From contig JADLGN010000016.1 in the NCBI GenBank assembly GCA_020849295.1, positions 8,099-72,098 of the forward strand: 64,000 nt of DNA. Reading direction: 5' to 3'. A model generated the notes under the pieces. That model had not been told where the DNA came from, did not search any database, and was given only the letters and a program-made list of their open reading frames with translations. Of this stretch, positions 58,288-64,000 are shown in pieces. Source of the DNA: Bacteroidia bacterium (GTDB lineage: Bacteria; Bacteroidota; Bacteroidia; NS11-12g; UBA9320). The position numbers were made by a program, and so were the translations under genes. Position 1 is the first letter of the stretch; every line of letters starts with the position of its first letter.

Positions 58288-58929
58288 TTGCAAATATATC
58301 AATATATATCAAAAATTCAAAGAATAGTCATAGGATTAAAATGTTCTTTTATTCTTTGGTCAATTTTCATAATTGCTTTTGCTGTACTTTCTTTATCCAA
58401 AGAATATGGATATTTAAATTTATTTTTCAGTAAAAATTATTCAAATGAAATAGGTATATTTTTTAAGTATTATACTACACTCGGCGAAGAATGGATGTTA
58501 ATCCTGATTAGTCTAATTATATTTATATTGATAAAAAATAGAAGTTTTATTATTAAAGTCGGTTCTGCATTATTAATAAATTCGGTAATTACATCAATTT
58601 TAAAACATTATATTTTTAATTTTGAAAGACCTTCAAAATACTTTGAAAATTATAATTTGATTTTTACCGAAGGTGTAAAAATTTATCAATATAATAGTTT
58701 TCCATCAGGTCATACTTCTACAGCGTTTGCATTTGCATTTATTTTGACTTTTTATAGCAAAAGTGATTTTAAAGGAGTTTTACTTATTTCTTTGGCAATA
58801 TTAGTCGGTATAAGCAGAATATATCTTCAGCAGCATTTTACCGAAGATGTATTAGCTGGTGCTGTAGTTGGATTTGTTTCGGCAATTATTGCCAATAATA
58901 TAAATTATGGTAAGAAAAATGAATTTTAA
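58288..58929 (+). CDS. PAP2-family phosphatase (membrane-bound)
   Basis: Acid-phosphatase motifs K....RP, PSGHTS and SRIYLQQHFTEDV. Several TM helices. TTG start. Confidence 0.8.
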   Translation: MQIYQYISKIQRIVIGLKCSFILWSIFIIAFAVLSLSKEYGYLNLFFSKNYSNEIGIFFKYYTTLGEEWMLILISLIIFILIKNRSFIIKVGSALLINSVITSILKHYIFNFERPSKYFENYNLIFTEGVKIYQYNSFPSGHTSTAFAFAFILTFYSKSDFKGVLLISLAILVGISRIYLQQHFTEDVLAGAVVGFVSAIIANNINYGKKNEF

Positions 58930-60613
58930 AAATCCATATTTAATAATTTCAATTTTATCAGTTATAATTTTTGTGCCATTTTTAGGTAATGTACATCTTT
59001 TTGATTGGGATGAAATAAATTTTGCTGAGGCTGCGAGAGAAATGATATTAACAGAAAATTACCGTCATGTAACAATCAATTTTGAGCCATTTTGGGAGAA
59101 ACCTCCTTTATTTTTATGGTTTCAGGTAATTTGTATGAAAATTTTTGGAATTAATGAATTTGCTGCAAGACTCCCAAACGCTGTTTGTGGAATTTTAACT
59201 TTAAATCTTATTTATTACTGGGGGAAAAAGTTTTTCAACTCAAAATTAGCCTTGTTTTGGGTTTTACTATATGCAGGCTCTTTTACCCCACATTTTTATT
59301 TTAAAACAGGAATTATTGATCCATGGTATAACCTTTTTATTTTTATATCTGTTGTTCAACTTTATTTTGTTTCTCAATCACTAAAAATGAAAAATTTAAG
59401 GTTTTTTGTTTGTGGTATTTTTTTAGGTTTGGCGGTACTTACCAAAGGTCCAGTTGCAATAGTAATTATCGGATTTTGTAGTTTGATTTTTTTAATAATA
59501 AACAATTTTAAATTTTATTTTTCATTAAAAAATTTAATAGTTTTGGTATTGTCAATAGTAATAGTTCCAATATTTTGGTTTTTGCCCGATTGGATAAATG
59601 GCGATTTTTGGTTTACTATTGAATTTTTGAAATATCAGGCAGATTTATTTCTAAATCCTGTAGCAAGTCATGGGCAACCTTGGTATTATCACCCTGTGGT
59701 TTTGCTAATTGGTTGTTTTCCTGCAATTGTCATTTCTATACCTTATTTAATAAGCAAAAAGGGTGAAGACAGATTTTTGCTTTGGATGCAAATATTATTT
59801 TGGGTTACTTTAATATTATTTTCTACGGTTACTACTAAAATTGTTCATTATTCATCTCTTTGTTATTTGCCTGCAACATTTATTGCGGCGTATTTTTTAT
59901 TTACAAAAAATATAATCTATAAATGGCAAAATGTTATGATTATTTTGATAGGTTTATTATATTTTGTATTTTTTACTATTGTTGTATTAACAGGAAATAG
60001 CAATTATTTTAAAACACTAATTTCACAACTTACAGAAGACAAATTTGCTATCGAAAATATTTTTGTAAATACAAATTGGAGCTTTACTGATTTTGTTCTT
60101 CCAATTTTGTTTTTAGTAATTATTCTTATTTATCTTATTTATGTATTTAGAAAAAAAACTATTGAAGGAATAAAGTTTTTACTAATTTCAACAGTTTTAT
60201 TTTATACATTATTGCAAATTGTTGTTGTACCAAAAGTTGAAAATCATATTCAAGGAACTTTAATAAATTTTTACAAAACGTTGAAAGAGAAAAATATTTA
60301 TATTGAAACAGAAGGATTTAAAAGCTATGCACATTATTTTTACACATTAAAACAAAAACCTAAAGAAAGTGATATGTTGGAAAAAGCAATAAAAGCATAT
60401 TGTGAAGAAAGAAATTATAAACCAAACTTAAAGCTAAAGGACTCTGAACGGGATGCTTTAAATGGTTTCAAAAAAGAATGGTTAATCAATTCAAATGCTG
60501 ATAAGCCTGTATATTTGGTTTACAAGGTAAATGATAACTTAAAACAAATAAATGAAAATCCCAATTTCAAGAAAATATTTAACAAGGGAGGCTTTGTAGT
60601 CTATTTAAAATAA
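58907..60613 (+). CDS. glycosyltransferase family 39 protein (ArnT/PMT-like)
   Basis: HLFDWDEINFAEAAREM and EKPPLFLWFQ motifs near the N-terminus, and about 12 TM helices. Overlaps the PAP2 gene by 23 nt. Confidence 0.75.
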   Translation: MVRKMNFKNPYLIISILSVIIFVPFLGNVHLFDWDEINFAEAAREMILTENYRHVTINFEPFWEKPPLFLWFQVICMKIFGINEFAARLPNAVCGILTLNLIYYWGKKFFNSKLALFWVLLYAGSFTPHFYFKTGIIDPWYNLFIFISVVQLYFVSQSLKMKNLRFFVCGIFLGLAVLTKGPVAIVIIGFCSLIFLIINNFKFYFSLKNLIVLVLSIVIVPIFWFLPDWINGDFWFTIEFLKYQADLFLNPVASHGQPWYYHPVVLLIGCFPAIVISIPYLISKKGEDRFLLWMQILFWVTLILFSTVTTKIVHYSSLCYLPATFIAAYFLFTKNIIYKWQNVMIILIGLLYFVFFTIVVLTGNSNYFKTLISQLTEDKFAIENIFVNTNWSFTDFVLPILFLVIILIYLIYVFRKKTIEGIKFLLISTVLFYTLLQIVVVPKVENHIQGTLINFYKTLKEKNIYIETEGFKSYAHYFYTLKQKPKESDMLEKAIKAYCEERNYKPNLKLKDSERDALNGFKKEWLINSNADKPVYLVYKVNDNLKQINENPNFKKIFNKGGFVVYLK

Positions 60614-60673
60614 TAATGCTTTTTTAAAATATACAATAAATAAAATGTTTATATCCGACAAAGCTATTTTTTT

Positions 60674-60681
60674 TATTTTTG
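60674..60681 (+). promoter_or_regulatory. candidate -7 element TATTTTTG
   Basis: Exact TAnnTTTG match, 17 nt before the carA TTG start at 60698. Confidence 0.35.
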
Positions 60682-60697
60682 CATAAAATTTAAATAA

Positions 60698-63099
<2,402 letters not shown>

Positions 63100-63139
63100 T
63101 AAAAAGGCATTTATGCCACTCATATAATTTTAAAAAAAA

Positions 63140-64000
63140 ATGGCAGGCTATTTATTTAGAAAAATATTATATGGCTTGTTAATATACTACAGTGTAGCTA
63201 CAGTAGTATTTTTTATGTTTAGTTTTTCTTTTCCAAGCCCCGAAGAACTTGCTATAGGACAGCGAAGTGATGAAAAAACCAAAGAAGCAATAAAAAAAGA
63301 ATTTGGATTAGATAAACCATTAAAAACACAATATTTATTATATATCAATGATGTTTCTTTTTTGTCTGTTTACAAAGATTTAGGCGAAATCAATGTCTCT
63401 AAAATAGTTTTATTAAAAATTTCATCAAATAAGATTGTTTTAAAAACTCCATATCTAAGGCGATCATTCCAAAGCGGCAAACAAGTAAATAATATAATTA
63501 GTGAAGCGTTTACGGGGACATTAATTCTTGCAGCTTCATCAATTTTGCTTGCCACCTTTTTGGGGGTATTGCTTGGTTGTATTGCAGCTATAAAAAAAGA
63601 TACATGGATTGATAGAGTTATTTTATTTATATCTACATTAGGTATTTCACTACCTTCTTTCTTTGTAGCTATAATTCTTGCATGGCAACTTGGTTTTGTG
63701 TTGAATAAATATACAGGTTTGAATATGACCGGAAACTATAATGACATAGACCCATTCAAAGGAGAAATTTATATATTTAAAAATTTAATACTTCCTACTC
63801 TTGCTTTAGGTATAAGACCTTTAGCTATATTTAGTCAACTTACAAGAGCATCAGTACTTGATGTATTACCAAGAGATTACATCAGAACTGCAAAAGCAAA
63901 AGGTTTGTCAAAATCACGTATGGTAATAAAACACATACTTAGAAACTCACTAATACCCGTTGTTACTTCTATTTCAGGATGGTTTGCATCATTACTCACC
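63140..64000 (+). CDS. ABC transporter permease (DppB/OppB-type). The 3' end lies outside the window.
   Basis: Open frame from the ATG at 63140 to the window edge (287 codons). It is absent from the ORF track because it has no stop. MAGYLFRKILYGLL N-terminus and the EAA-loop-like DYIRTAKAKGLSKSRMVIKHILRNSLIPV. Confidence 0.8.
   Translation, partial: MAGYLFRKILYGLLIYYSVATVVFFMFSFSFPSPEELAIGQRSDEKTKEAIKKEFGLDKPLKTQYLLYINDVSFLSVYKDLGEINVSKIVLLKISSNKIVLKTPYLRRSFQSGKQVNNIISEAFTGTLILAASSILLATFLGVLLGCIAAIKKDTWIDRVILFISTLGISLPSFFVAIILAWQLGFVLNKYTGLNMTGNYNDIDPFKGEIYIFKNLILPTLALGIRPLAIFSQLTRASVLDVLPRDYIRTAKAKGLSKSRMVIKHILRNSLIPVVTSISGWFASLLT

Noticed and set aside
63100-63125. Small palindrome GGCATTTATGCC after the enolase stop, as a possible terminator.
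   Set aside because: It has only a 4-bp effective stem with a 4-nt loop and no following T-run, which is too weak to call.

Overview
AT-rich (about 30% G+C by eye, not computed), gene-dense chromosomal window from a Bacteroidota bacterium. The assignment rests on the gliding/type IX secretion genes, Por-type C-terminal sorting domains, TAnnTTTG promoter motifs and the absence of Shine-Dalgarno sequences. I call 56 protein-coding genes. I found no rRNA, tRNA, CRISPR array, transposase, integrase or prophage signal. Most genes are housekeeping: fhs, folC, folB, gltX, holA, recF, rpe, pdhA, sucB, lplA, ribH, nth, carA, eno, tig-clpP-clpX and sppA. The main functional theme is type IX secretion (T9SS). 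The complete porP/sprF-gldK-gldL-gldM-gldN core operon lies at 33619-39223 on the minus strand. At least four T9SS cargo genes are also present: two tandem BNR/Asp-box propeller proteins, a 1256-aa type-B-CTD adhesin-like protein, and an arylsulfotransferase-like protein. I see no defence island or other obvious novel multi-gene machine. The observations most worth a second look are: (1) an in-frame TGA at a conserved Trp position that separates the arylsulfotransferase-like ORF from its own T9SS sorting domain; (2) a tightly packed five-gene envelope cassette at 5649-8640 (two cytochrome-c-like lipoproteins, an OB-fold anchor protein, YceI and a DUF5777 barrel) with no assigned function; (3) a hypothetical lipoprotein (49450-50541) that resembles GldN in several blocks; (4) two genes whose conserved N-termini lie upstream of any ATG/GTG/TTG; (5) a type-B-CTD cargo with nine tandem two-cysteine modules and no adjacent PorP/SprF partner. 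All family assignments come from motif recognition by eye, without database searches. Coordinates I derived myself, rather than taking from the ORF track, may be off by a base or two.
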